This document shows, piece by piece, positions 30,895 through 44,834 of a stretch of 64,000 nt of DNA (positions are counted from its first letter, which is position 1; each line of letters starts with the position of its first letter). The notes under the pieces were generated by a model that made no database searches, was not told the DNA's origin, and was given only the letters and a program-made list of their open reading frames with translations. A program made the position numbers and the translations under genes. This DNA is from the human T2T-CHM13v2.0 reference genome, Homo sapiens, in NCBI RefSeq assembly GCF_009914755.1, contig NC_060936.1. One strand, given 5' to 3'.

Positions 30895-31115
30895 ATGTTT
30901 GAGTCAGAAGGAACTGACATCAAGATTTTGCCCTGCCTCTGTTTTTTTCTTAGCGAAGTGATCTTGGAAAAGTCATTTAACAACTCTCTACCTCAGTGTC
31001 CTTGTCTGTAAAATGAGGTTAATAAAATTATTTGTCCCATAGGTTTATGGTGAGAGTTTACAAAGATGATGAAGGGTTTAGCCCAGTGCCTAGCAAATGG
31101 TAACACTCTACCAGT
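30895..31115 (+). mobile_element. MIR
   Basis: GTGATCTTGGAAAAGTCATTTAAC...CCTCAGTGTCCTTGTCTGTAAAATGAGG. Confidence 0.75.
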
Positions 31116-31354
31116 TGGTTCTTACTAAAACTATTAGTATTTGTGGTGCCAATGTGAATGCCACAAATGGCCAAAACCATATTATTAAATGAGAGGCTTC
31201 CTAGGATAGGAGAAACAATAAACCTGGAAGAGAAAGGTCTAGAAATTGCACTCTACATTCCCTATTCTGCAGGTCATCAGAATGGCTCTCCACACATACA
31301 TGGTTGTGTTTGTTTTTATATTTCTGTTTCACAGGATTGAACACAACAGAAGAG

Positions 31355-31368
31355 GTTGCTATGGAAAC
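31355..31368. promoter_or_regulatory. RFX X-box motif GTTGCTATGGAAAC (candidate)
   Basis: Close match to the palindromic RFX consensus GTTGCCATGGCAAC. Motif only; binding not shown. Confidence 0.45.
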
Positions 31369-32097
31369 ATGTGCACCTTACAATTCTTATTTATGGGAAA
31401 TAGTTTCCATAAAACTAGTTTCCATACGTTGTTGTTAGATGTCAGTTGTCATTTCTCATCTCTGTTAGCATGCCATCCACTTCTGTACAGTTTCTGTCTG
31501 CAGTGTAGCCAATGCTTTGAGTGTAGGGAGCCCACACTGGGCAAACCATGCTTCCTTTCGTATTAGTCAAGCAATTCTTCCATGATTGGTGATTAGCATT
31601 TGTTGACAGCAATCTGGCAAGGTAGGCAGAAGAATGTAAGCAGAATATCATGAAAAGGAACTTTAAATTCTGATAGTACATTCCTGCTTTCTCCTTTCTA
31701 TGGCAACCACAAGTACCATCAGATCACAAAAAGAAATATTCTGAAGCTTCTAGGATTTGAGTGGGTGTTTACATATGCATTGTCTCTGTGAACTGTGGAA
31801 GCAATTAAAATGCATGATGTGCCAATATGTAATTGTAATGAAATTTCCATTACTCAGTGCCTGGAAAATATCTGTAGTTTCCACTGACCATTTACTTTAG
31901 AGATTTGGGTCTAATAAAAAATGCAGAAAACATTAAGAAGATGTGGGTTAAAACCAGAAAGGTATATTTTCAAAAAGTTGTGGCCAGAGTTCAAAGGTTA
32001 GGAATAAACAAGATTTAAGAATTAATGAACTCGCTTTTGAGATTTATCCTTGTGATTTTCTATGTGCGTCTTCTACATTCCTGTAATTACATACTGA

Positions 32098-32407
<310 letters not shown>

Positions 32408-33954
32408 TAAGAGTATGTGTTTACTTCTGAGTCGTGTGGTTTTGGGAAGTGGGAGAAGATAAGCTTATGGGAAGGATGCTGGAATGTTGAGCCAACAAAT
32501 AACAACATACATAAATAATGAAATGGAAGAGCCACAGCAACTTGGGATACTTAAGGCCACTGAGAGAGGGGACAAATTGTTGTTGCTATTGTTGTTTTAT
32601 TTTGTTTTGGCTTGGGGAATTTAGACCTCCATATCATAATGTGATAAGCAGTGGGACCTCTTAGTATTGTTGAACGTAAAAATAGATTTGGTTTGTTTAT
32701 GCTTAACTCCAAACCAAGTGGCAGGTGATGGAATGTCCCTCGCAAGTCCAGTGAAATAATTATAACAAGATGTTATACGGCCTGGCACGCTATGAGAGTA
32801 CAGATTTAAGACTAAAGGATTATAAATAAACTTATAGGGAAGTTTTAGTACTGACACATTCCAAGAGAAAATTTAGAGTATAAAACCTTATACTTTTGGA
32901 CACATTAGACACTGAGGACTAATGAATTTTAGATAATAATGTTAAGATGAGTTCCACTGAATTCACTGAGGAATCAGTCAGCTCAAGGGTAGGAACAATT
33001 AAATTTTCATGTTTCCACAAACAGCAGTCCCGTATGTCACTTATTAACCATCATAGTTACTGGTAAGTTTGTTTTCAAGGTTTCATGTTATTTAAGAAAA
33101 CAAAGCAGCAGTCAGGCATGACTCAGCCAACAGGCACTCACTGAGTGTCCACAGGAAGCATATTCTAAGGAACACACCACAAAACCTTTCATTCCTAGAA
33201 ATAAAAGGTTGATTTTCCTTGCCTACCAGACCACATAGTTGTGATATATTTAGCATAAAGAAAATATTACCTTACAGACAGTATATAAAATAGGATCCAT
33301 TTTGTGGAGATTAAAAGAGTATAAATTATATAGATCAAACTACAGACCTTGTCCAGGCACTGAGTAATGGAAATTTCATTAAAATTACAAACAACAAAAA
33401 TATATACAAACCAAGTGTATGTCTGGGTGGTGAACACTTTGGAGATTATTCTTCTTGTTTCTTTAGGTCTCTTGATCATTCAACATTCAAAAACATGTTG
33501 TGTTCATGTAATTTTAAAGAGGGTTTTTTAGAGAAAGAATAACCAAGTTGTTCTACAAATCTACAAGTAGCTGATAATCTTGGCCTACAATAGGAAAATG
33601 CTAGTATAATTGATGGGCTAGGAGGCTGCAAGCAGTAAGTTTAAATTTGGAGCCAACACATCTGTATTTAAATATCTGACAATCTCATTGTTTGTCATTC
33701 CTGTCTACAAAATGGCAAAAATGTTCTGTTTCCTTTCTCATTTCACTTAAAACTGAAAATAGTACTCACACAATAGACATTTTGATTAAAACATTGTCAC
33801 TAGATGGAGCAAAACAGTAGATTAAAGAAATCTGGCTTTTGTCAATGATGAGCTAAGAATTTAAATAGAACAAATCTTGATAAATATCTCAAGTGTAGGT
33901 CGCCAAATATGAGAAAACAGCTTTAGGATTTTCAGTAAGGAAAACACTATGAGG

Positions 33955-34470
33955 ATTTCATTCATTAATTCAGCAAATATTTATTAGGTAACAAGGTAGC
34001 CTACTCTAAGTGCTGGGACGGAGCAGAAAACAAGACAGGAGTTGTTCCAGTCTCATGTAACATTCATTCATTCTAGTCACAGAGATGAACAGTAACCAAA
34101 ACAGGGACAAATACTTACATAATCATAGATGGAAGTTTTACAAAAGGTGAAGGGCAGGATGCTACTGAAATTTATCAGGGGTACCATTCTACTCTGAATT
34201 ATCAATGAAGACATCATTGGGAGACATTTAATCTGGTCCCTAGTTACAAGTAGAACTTGATCAGGACAACGATGGGGTGGGAGTATAGGGAAAGGGCTTT
34301 GGGGAAGAGAGAATCCTAAGTGCAAGATATCTCAGGCATTAAAGAAGGTTAACAAACTGAAAGAACGAAAAATGAAGCTGGAATATGGTGTGGTGGGATA
34401 GAAGGGATGAATGGCTTATTAGATTGTGTTAAGAAGCTTAGATATGATCCTAAAAGCAATGAAAAGCTCT
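33955..34470 (-). mobile_element. L2 3' fragment
   Basis: TTCATTCATTAATTCAGCAAATATTTATT...CTAAGTGCTGGG is the antisense L2 tail. Confidence 0.7.
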
Positions 34471-35129
34471 TTGGTTAGCACATGAAGCCAACTCAATTCT
34501 TGTTTAAATAGTAACTACATATATTGCATATATAAAAATTATTTTATCTCTTGAATTAATCAGTATTGAAATGTAGATTTTCAGAAGTTTTAGAAAACAT
34601 GTTTTGTAATAGGAGAAAAATCAACATAGGATTTACAGAATTAAAATCTATTCATGATGTGAATCTCATTTAACCAGTATAACTGTTTTACTAAGTCTAC
34701 ATTTACAAAATAGAGACTCATCTCTTTTTTATGCCAATTTACTTTGGAGCCACCACTGTTTCTTGTTAGATGAAATTTCAGGATATCATTCTGGAGGTTT
34801 TTCCTACTCCTCAATTTATTCAAGAACACCAGGAACCTAACTCAATCCCAAGTCTATCAGTCCAGCTTCCAAAACTCCAACTGGGTAGGAGCTGGACCCT
34901 GGCTAGTGCATCTGTGCCACATGATTGTTCAACGTGGTTCAGCACTGTTGAAGAGCAGCCCTGCATAGATGAGCAGACTGTGATTGTTCACTACTGCTAA
35001 AGCACACTCATGATGATCAGGTCCTAGCCCAGGCTTTGGGTGTGCCCATGCTGTGGGGATGCCCATGCTTTCGGGTGTGCCCATGCTGTATGGGGATGAT
35101 TATTTCTTGTTCTACTTATCATGGACTAA

Positions 35130-36540
35130 TTCAAACATATACCAGAATATAGTATACCCATCATCCAGTTCAGTAATTTTCAGTGTATGGATAATCTTGT
35201 TCATCTATATTCTTCCCTACCTATCCTCCTCACACCCAACATTTTAAAGGAAATGCCAGAATCATATCACTTTATTTGTAGTATTATTTGCAGCACTAAA
35301 GATAAGGATTATTAAAAAGAAAACCTAAACCCATTTTAAATGTGATGCCATTATCACACTTAAAATATAAATATGTGCATTTTATCATCAACTATCCAAC
35401 CAGCATTCAAATTCCCCCAGTTGTCTCACAAATGTTTTAATAATTTATTTTTTATAATTTGTTTGTAGAAATCAGAATCCAAATAAAGTTCATAATTGCA
35501 ACAGGTCTCTTAAGTCTATTTTATTCTGTACGTTCCCCCTCTACCTTTTTTCTTTTTCCATAGATAGATTAGATAGATAGATGATAGATAGATAGAAAGA
35601 TAGATAGATTTTTTAAGTAAATGATAGTTTGTCCTATTATGTTTTCTATTGTCTGAATTTTGCTGATTGCATCCCATTTGTGCCACTTAACATATTCTTT
35701 GATCCTCCTATATTGATGGGAAATTATTAGAAGCTTATTAGATTCAGGTTGGATTATTGGGGTATAATGACTTCATGGGTGGTATTGTGTACTTCCATCA
35801 GGAACACTTATCTAAATGTCTTCTTTTCAAATGTTGACAGTAATGGATGACTATTGCCTAGATTCATTAATACATCAATTATGGTTTGCAAAATGTGATA
35901 TTCTTTCATTTCCTCTTCAGTCCTTGATTGGATATGTCTATTAAAAAAATCTCTTCCTCAAATATTTGGTTACCCTGGGATCATCGGTAAACAACTGAAA
36001 CCTAATTGAACTTACATCTGTATCACCTTTCTCCTATGCTAAAATTCCTGGTTCCCAATAACACCAACATCATTACTTATTTGCTTTATTCCACAAAACA
36101 CACAAAATGGTCTCAGAATAGCAACATCACTACCACATATGGATACCAATAAAGTTTATGAATTTTCTTTTTAATTCCTTTTTGTCTTTAGGTTATAGTC
36201 TATAGGCAATGTACATTGGAATCACTGTGCCTTAAGCTTGTCTGAAAAGTTGTGCCACCAACTTAATAAGCAATTAACTTCCATTTTCATTTGCCTTCAA
36301 CTCTTAGGGGCTGTTTTTCTAAATTAAATTTTGTTCTATATTTGTGCAAAAGATTTACGTGGCCCTAAAGTCAAAACTGCAAGCAAAGTATATTTTTGAA
36401 ATTTTAGTTTCTATCTTTGTCTTTGCCATACTAGTCTTCCCCTTCTACATAGTAACTTTTTTTTCTCGTAATTTTAAAGTTATCCTTTTATGGTCCTTAC
36501 CTAGGTAAACAGTAGCATACTATAAACACTTTTTCTCGCT
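35130..36540 (-). mobile_element. L1MC/ME-type 3' UTR fragments
   Basis: GTATACCCATCATCCAGTTCAG...TCAAATTCCCCCAGTTGTCTCACAAATG...CAGAATCCAAATAAAGTTCA. Confidence 0.6.
35559..35609. repeat. Imperfect (GATA)n tetranucleotide microsatellite
   Basis: ATAGATAGATTAGATAGATAGATGATAGATAGATAGAAAGATAGATAGAT. Confidence 0.9.
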
Positions 36541-37460
36541 AAGCGATAAAGTAATTTCTAATTTACATTCCCACGTTCAACTGTTGTTTATCAAGTATAA
36601 TCACTGGAATATAATGACTGAGACCAAATATAATCACTAGAACTACAGCCTCACTCTCATGGACATTAGGAGCCTGTCACTCTTCTGTAACACTGGCTTT
36701 TGGTCAGGACCAAATGGTTTATTCTAACAGGTCTCTCTAAACTTTGAATCTTAGAAAGTCCCTAGCCTCTTAAGCCTCCTAATACAAATAGATTCATTCT
36801 ACCTACTCCCTACTCAGAGCTCAGCATATGGGAAAGACAGCTTTTGTTTAGTCTCACAAAACAAAACAAAACAAAATAAAACATCTAGCTATACATTTCT
36901 CTCAGGATACTGAGTTTCTTTCTGCTGAAAGAAGAAAGGGAACGGGCTTTTTGCAAGAGGAATAATCTTTGGTAAACAGATTGCTTCAACATGACCTTCT
37001 GTCTCCCCCAGTAAGTAAGAAAGCTGGTAACAGTTTCCCCATAAAACAAGAAAACCAATTCCATGTAAACTAATACTACCAGACATCTCCTAGGAGCTGA
37101 GAAATAGTAAGTCATAATCATGTATTTCATGAAAATACCACAACTGTTTAACAATTGAGAGAATGCTTTCATGATAACTATTCATCTAAGCTGTATGGAA
37201 AATCTGTGAAATATTTAACACTGTAATCTCTCCCTTTTTCTTTCTTTTCGAAAGTGAGGAAATAGTGACTTGCCCCAAAACATGCTGCCAAACTAGGTGG
37301 AAAAGGAAAAATAAACCCCAAGTGGTTTAATTCTAGTTTCCATGCCCTTTTCACTTTCTGTACAAGAACAATGAATCAACAACTGACCGTATAAAACTAT
37401 GCTTTCACAAGAATGTCAACAGATGACCAAGTAGTTTGAGTGTTTAGAAAACATTCTCTG

Positions 37461-37871
37461 ACTGGGAAAGGTAAATGGCAGGGAGGAGGGAGGATGAAGA
37501 GAAGTGAGTTAAAGGGTACAAACATACACTAGGATAGAAGGCATCAATTAATGTTTGATTGCAGAGTAGGATGACTATACTTTAAAAAATGTATTGTACT
37601 CAGGTGACAGACACCCCAAATACCCTGACTTGATCACTATGCATTAGACACATGTAAAAAAATCTCATGTATCCCATAAATTTGCACAAATCATAAATAA
37701 AGTAATAAAATATTTGCCGTAATGCTCTACAATTAGCAGTGAAGCAGGTTTAACCCTCTACCATAAACTATTTTAATTTTATTGCTTTTGAATTTGACTA
37801 AAAGAGGATTAGGCTGGTAACATATATGAATAAAAATAAATGTATCATTGTAAAAAAAAAAAAAAAAGAAA
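37461..37871 (+). mobile_element. 5'-truncated L1MA/L1PB 3' UTR with 3'-transduced flank and poly(A)
   Basis: L1 3' UTR at 37461 to about 37710, then non-L1 sequence at 37711-37851 and an A tail at 37852-37871. TSD AGAAAACAT(T/C)CTCTG at 37446-37460 and 37872-37886. Confidence 0.85.
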
Positions 37872-39059
37872 AGAAAACATCCTCTGGATAACTATGTTTT
37901 TATGAACAAGAAACAAGGAATCTGCTTATACAACTGGCAAACAGTTCAGAGAAATGCCTCCCCTACAGCTATGGACAAATATATATTACTAAAACTTACT
38001 ATAGGAGTTGCACTTGGTGAAATGAATATGTGCCTACCAAAAAAAATTGAGTTCCTATAATTTAATAATAAATCTCTAGGGATAGTGCTATGGAGGCCAA
38101 GCTCGTAAAACAGAGAATTTGAAACCACATTCTAATTGACTTATTTTGTGGATTTGAATTTATGTACATTATGTTTTTCTCCAAAGGAAGTAGTGTTTTG
38201 TCCTATAGCCAAATAGATTTCTAAGATAATCCAAGCCATCTGAACAGCCTAATGGCAATTCAAGTTTTCTCCTGTCTCTGTTCTATGTAGCCGTCTGGAG
38301 AGAACATTTCCATCTCTGGGACTTAAGAAAGGCAATGGCTATGGTTTGGCCCCCAGTGTACCATACAGTTAACCAAACAACTGACCCTGAAGAAAACTCA
38401 TTTTAAGGTTGAAACTGTAACGAATTCTTCTTCCTCACAATCTATTCAATGAAAAGAAAAGGCCAGATGGCATTTCAGAAACCCATGCTGTCTGATAAGA
38501 AATATATATTGGCTTAAAAACTCTAATGAAGAAAACTCCTTTTCGCCAAATGAAATATAAAAGAGGTTCAAAACTGAGGATTTCTTTTCAAATGAGGCCT
38601 ACAAATTAATGAGATGTTTCCTAATTAAGAATATCTATCATTTTATATACTCAATAAAAGCATTTTCTTCTAATACAACATAAAAATGTTAATAATTTCA
38701 AAATGGTGGTGGTTTTCTTTCTTTTACCTTGTCCTTTGTATGACTTTTGCCTAGTTGGTCTGAAGTACCCATCTATAGGTAAAGGGAATCCAAAAAGATT
38801 AAACATTCTTACAAAAAGTAGCAAGGAGACAGAAGAGGGTAATGCCAGTTACTAATATTTAAAATTCAATTTTCCAGCAAGAAAATAGAATAGGTTTGCA
38901 AGCTATGAGCTGTTATAGAGAAAATATTTCCTAACTTACTTTAGTGATTCTTCTTGCACCCTTGTAGACAATCCACTCTTTTTTTTCTTATATAATGAGC
39001 TGTCTTTCTATTATGCAAATTGAGCATTTATGTGGGTAATAGGGGAGAGAGCTACATTA

Positions 39060-39995
39060 AAAACTAAGTTCAGTGACAAGCCATGGAAAGGTTTTAAAAA
39101 CAGAAATGGCACAATCTAATTTACATCTTTAAAATATTAACTTTTGTTGCTATAAAAATAATGGGTTATAGAGGAAGAAGAAGAAAGCAGAGAAATCATA
39201 TAGGGAGTTATTGCATTATTTCCAGAAAGATATGATGATGTCTTGGACTAGAAGAATAAGTGGTGATGATGGAAACATGGAGAGAGTTATATAATTGCTG
39301 ACAGCACTTACTGATAGATCAGACTTTGTGTGTGAGAGACAGAGATTAAAGATGACTCCTAGAACTTGGGCTTGAACAAACTGGATGAATGGTGGTGAAA
39401 TGCTTCCAGAGACACAGGATTGGAGATAGAAATTTAAGATTGAATGTTGGCCATGTTGTTTGAGATGCAGGGTATATATTCAAGCAGAGATATCAAGTAC
39501 AAAAATAAGCAATGTACCAGCTAACCCCTACCCATCTTTGGGCCTGCATCTTCCATCACTCTCCTCATTGCTCATGATATTCAAGTCACCCTGGTGTTTT
39601 TCTTTTTTTTTCCTCAAATGGGCCCAACTTTTTCTCTTAAGGCTTTTGCACTTATTACTTCTACCTGGAACTCTTCCCTTTCAGATCTCATATGGTTGGC
39701 TATATATACTATCATTCGTCTCAAACATGATCATTGTGAGGTCTTCCCTAAAACAAATAAAATAGCACCACCCCTACCCATCATGCTTTATAAGTTTGTC
39801 CTATTCTATTTATTTCACAACTCATCACTTTCTGAAATTCTCTTTTCATTTATTTACTCTATGCCACTTTTTACTAAAATGTAAGGTCTATAAAATTTGC
39901 TTGCCTTATTTATCACTAGATCTTCAGTACCTAACACATAGTAGGTGTTCAATAAATTGTTATTGAATAAAAGAAGTAATTAAATGTATGAATAC
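39060..39995. mobile_element. Two oppositely oriented L2 fragments (minus at ~39060-39500, plus at ~39560-39995)
   Basis: AGCCATGGAAAGGTTTTAAA...AAAGATGACTCCTAG (antisense L2) and CACATAGTAGGTGTTCAATAAATTGTTATTGAATAAA (sense L2 tail). Confidence 0.65.
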
Positions 39996-40765
39996 ATCAT
40001 TTATTGTTGTTGTTATTAGTACAATCACTTCTTGTGGTGAATGTTACTAAGTCCCCACCTGGTTCATCTGCATCACAATATTCTCCAGCTGTTTATGAAT
40101 TTTTGAGGGTGTGCTCAGGAGTAACTTCCTCAGGTATTCTGACACAAGTTCTTCAGATTTGTGCCCTCTGGCTTCTTCAGAGTGAAGTCACTTGTGCAAA
40201 GCCACAGGCATTTGGTGTTAGTACTAGAGTTGGAATTCAAAGTCCATGCTCTTTGAATACATACTGTTCCCTCATAGCAAGTATTCAGATCCTATAAAAG
40301 TTCTAAGAAGAATTGGATTAATAGATAAGAAAGCTTTTTTCTACAAATGTAAATGTACTCAAGCATTGTGTGACTTTCATAAACAGCACTAAATCACTAA
40401 ACTTTCCAACCCCTCTGATACACTATTTTAAGAAATGCCTCTTTACTTGGAATGTTACATTTCTAAAAACTACTTTGTAATCACCCTTCAAAAATGTTTG
40501 TTCAGGACAATAAAAACTGTTACTTTGGTATGTATTTTGATCTTAGAAAACACAACCTAGATTACATCCATTTAAGAATCAATTCAAAACTCCCTTTTTG
40601 AAAGGGATTGATAAATTTACATTGGTCCTGACAAGAAGCAAAAGAATATTTTTTATAGACAGGAAATTAGCATCAGTGTGGACCATGAGCTGAGACTCAA
40701 GAGTGGAGTCCTGATTCCAAAATGAAAAAAAAAGTTGTGAAAATGGAAGTAAACTTTGTCATGCT

Positions 40766-41968
40766 GTGATATGCAGGTGAAATTCCAGTGGGTTGCTAGT
40801 AGGTATTCAGGATGGCAAAGGAGATGCTCCCAAATGTATTCAACAACTCTTGAACCCCTCTCCCAATATGAGGATGCAAAAGAGTTGAGAGAGTAGAGAA
40901 TAAAGGATCTTGTGAGGAGACCTTGGCAGAGAGCTGTGCTGTGAGCCTCACCCCCTCCACCAGCTTAATTATCAGTGAGGAGGAAGGAGGACCTCACACT
41001 GCTGCTCAGGGAGCCCATTACCCATGGAGTTGGGGGTAGTCGACCAGGGAATCCCTCCTGCCTAGGACACTAGAGGGTTAGAGAAGCTGGTGAACTGCTT
41101 TGAGGGAGCTGAAAGGGTCACACTTTTCACATCTGGTCACACACCAGATCACACCTCATTGTCTTCTGACTATAAAACCTACCACAACCACCACAGCTCA
41201 GGGAGACAGATTTGAGCATTTCCTCTCTGACTCACAATAAACTTTCCACACTGCAAAAACCTAGTGCTTCTGTGTTTGGTTTTCCCTTAAATGCAGGCAA
41301 AACGGACCCAGTTTGGTTCAGTAACAGACCCGCTCCACTAAGGTCATGTGGGGAAGCAGAGGGACCCCAGCAACGAGAGACTGGAGGAGGTTGCCTAGGG
41401 GCTTTCAAGTGACCATCAGAACATAGATACATTATTCTAGTGAAAGGGACCTGCAGGCGGTTGGAGCCACAAAAATTACCCACATGAGAAATAACAATCT
41501 TTGAATTCTACCAAGTACAGATCAAAAAGGTGCTTAGGGTGCCGCCAGTTCAAGTGACACCTTTCCTGCCCCATTCTCTTCCACTGCCCACAGGACAGTC
41601 TGGGAAAAGCAGAGGGAGGGGCAGACAAATCAACCTCACCACTGACCCCTTCACACTGTAGACTTCCTCCCAGGCAGCAGGGAAGAAGGACTGAAACTAA
41701 ATCAAGTTCAGAGTTTTCATCTCTATCTCAAACAGAACATTCTACTTTCCAAATGAAGACAATGTTTTCACTGTATTCTCCCTGTAGGGCTCTCTGTTAT
41801 CTTAGAGGGAATGAAAACATCATCAACTTGTCAAGTTTTCATCCAGAGTTAAGGAAAGATTATTTCTACTGAATAAAATTTAAAAAAAGAATGAAAGACA
41901 AAAACAATAAAAACAACACTGTATTTTGATTATGTCTTAACTCATGCTCATTGGCCTACTGGTTATGG
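40766..41968 (+). mobile_element. Possible ancient Gypsy-like LTR (LTR85/LTR88 class) hosting the ERV1 LTR piece
   Basis: GGACTGAAACTAAATCAAGTTCAGAGTTTT and a 3' end ...CATTGGCCTACTGGTTA resemble recalled consensus. Weak. Confidence 0.3.
41130..41325 (+). mobile_element. 3' part of a MER34/MER39-group ERV1 LTR
   Basis: TATAAAA...GGGAGACAGATTTGAGC...CAATAAAC...CCCAGTTTGGTTCAGTAACA. Confidence 0.55.
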
Positions 41969-42029
41969 CTATTTTCAGCCTGACCTAATCCTTATGCATA
42001 TGCCAAGCCCATCTCAAGGGTGGGAGGTT

Positions 42030-42262
42030 TCATGTGGTTGTGATGTGCACGTCTGCAGAGCTGGACTGCCGGGTTTGACTCTGCTGCCACCACTTATTAT
42101 CTGTGCAACCTTGAGAAATGTATTTTGCTTCTCTGTTCCTCATCTAAAATGAGGGTGCTAATAATAGTACCACCTTTATATTGTTGTGAGAATTAAATGA
42201 CTTAATTCACGTAAAACGATGCTTCATTCATGTTGAGTGTTCTATAAATATTTGTTATCATA
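42030..42262 (+). mobile_element. MIR
   Basis: CCACTTATTATCTGTGCAACCTTGAG...TCCTCATCTAAAATGAGGG...TTGTTGTGAGAATTAAATGA. Confidence 0.8.
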
Positions 42263-43180
42263 ATCAATCACCCCACTTCACAAAAGCAATGCATACTACT
42301 TTAGGCTTTTAGTCTGGGACAAATTACTTCTGCCCTAGGGAGAGAAAAATTTTGTTTTCCCATTCTGTCCTCAGGCAGGCTTCCTAAAGGTATTTCCTAC
42401 CCAAAATTAACTTCTTCTCAGGACAGTAATTATGGAACCATCAATTCCCTACAGGAGAAGCTCTACTTTGAGCTCTAGGGGTAAATTCTTCTCATGGTTC
42501 TATGCTATTTTGAGAGGTGCTATTTCCCAAAGCCTGAGTTATCTGATCATAATCCTTTTAAGTGTATTTTATTGAACCTGCACTTCATTCAAATGCCCAT
42601 GCTTATGTTAAAGTACATCAATAAACCATTATATTCGAATCTCTCTGATATATTCTGAATTTTTGAACCCTTTTTTTTTCCTTTGGTTTGTTTTACTAAA
42701 TACATATAGCATATGTTCACAATGATAGTAATTTGACTTCAACAAAAATATTGCAGTTTAATTACGGAGGACTTTTTGTTATATTTGAATAAAATGTATT
42801 AAAAGCCAAGCAATATGCTCAAGGGATCAAAATTGTTACAATAGGTAGAGTTTGTATTTTCAAGGAGCAAAGTAACGTGGATTATTATAATAATTATTGT
42901 TATTTGAATAACTAAAAGCTATCTATTTTTTATTTGGCCTTTTAGTTTGGTAATTGCTGTAAATGCTTATTTCTAACTCTCCCTTTGGTACATCATCCTT
43001 AGAGAATTAACAACACCTAGTTTTTATAATTTCACTAAGCTTGAGTGTCAAAATTTTCTAGTCACATAGTTTGAGAAAATTATGAAATAAGCAGTAAACT
43101 GATTAGAATAATTATAAATTTTATTTTGGAGTAGATGCATATTTTTAGGGAAAGGGGACGCTTAAGAATGTATGTAGGCT

Positions 43181-43485
43181 GGCCAGACACAGTGGCTCAG
43201 GCCTGTAATCCTAGGACTTTGGGAGGCTGGGGTAGGAGGATTGCTCAAAGCCAGGAGTTCAAGACCAGCCTGGGCAACATAGCAAGACCCTGTTCCAAAA
43301 AAAAATTTTGTTTTTAATTATATGGGCATAGTGGCACATACTTGTAGTCCTAACTACTCAGGAGGTTGAAGCAAGAGGATAGTTTGAGCCCAGGAGTTTG
43401 AGGCTTCAGTGAGCTATGATTGCACGGCTGCAGTCCAGCCTGAGCAACAGGGCAAGACCCTGCCTCAAACAGCAACAACAACAAA
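43181..43485 (+). mobile_element. AluJ with a CAA-patterned tail
   Basis: Has the AluJ diagnostics TTGAGCCCAGGAGTTTGAGG and GAGCTATGATTG. TSD GTA(T/C)GTAGGCT at 43170-43180 and 43486-43496. Confidence 0.93.
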
Positions 43486-44520
43486 GTACGTAGGCTAAGG
43501 GGAAAAGGTTAAAAATCTTTCTCTTGTCTGAAAAGCCAAAATAAAGACAATTATTAATAGGTTATGGGAAGTAAGATGAGATTCAAAAATCCCCCATACA
43601 TATGAACAAAGCCACAAACACCAATGCGTTTCTGTGTTCTCCAGTTGAGCAGGACTCCAACATGACTCAGGTAGCCTATCATAGCTCTAATTTCCCAGAT
43701 GTCTCATGCACTCCAAGAGTTCCGAACACTGTGTGAAAGGGAAGTGTCAGCCACTGCTTGGGGGCATAAAACAGCCAATCTCAGTGATGAAGCAGTCTTC
43801 AGGCATGGATTTACCCCCTACGTAATTGAGAATTTGTTTGAGAAGTTATCTATTAGAAAATGTGCTATAATTACTGGGGGTTGTGTGTGTTAAGGAAATT
43901 GTCGGGGACCTTGGAATTGCTAGCTGATGACACAACTGGAGAAAGCTATCTTCTCTGTTCTGAATTTTTGTTCATTAAGCAGCCAAAACTACTGATTCAT
44001 TGTGTATGATTAGGGCATGCAAATAGAGTCATGAATAAAGAGTGCTAAAGATGACCCAGACATTTTCTTATTAGTGCAGATCTCAAAACATATTCTTTTA
44101 TGTCTCTACACCATAAGCAATTAGGGTGTATATGCAACATATACCACAAACAATTGCCACTGCCACATAGGATAGACTAGAGGATTTTTACTCTGTGTTC
44201 TATTTCACGGCTCAAAATGATTAGAATATTGCTATGCCCTTGTTATGGAAAAAAATTAAATCATACTTCTGCATAAGTTTTATTAAGTAAATTTGCTAAA
44301 ACCTGATTAATAAGATAGTTTGCCCTCCAAAGTTGAAGACTTAAAAATAGTTTCATTGCTCTACTTTGTGCTTTTGAGGCAAGAGCTAGAACATTAAAGT
44401 TGTTCAAAAATAATTTAACAAAAATTTCAGTTTGTTACAAAAATATACCCTTGAAATAGCTTTTAAAAGTCAAGAAGTCTTCCTATATAAATATTTTATT
44501 AATGCCACTGTCACACAAAT

Positions 44521-44834
<314 letters not shown>

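Noticed and set aside
43628-43893. Acceptor-like sites, a TGACTCA motif and a 64-aa ORF
   Set aside because: Donors are weak (GTAGCC, GTAATT), the peptide has no recognisable homology, and single 7-mers are expected by chance.
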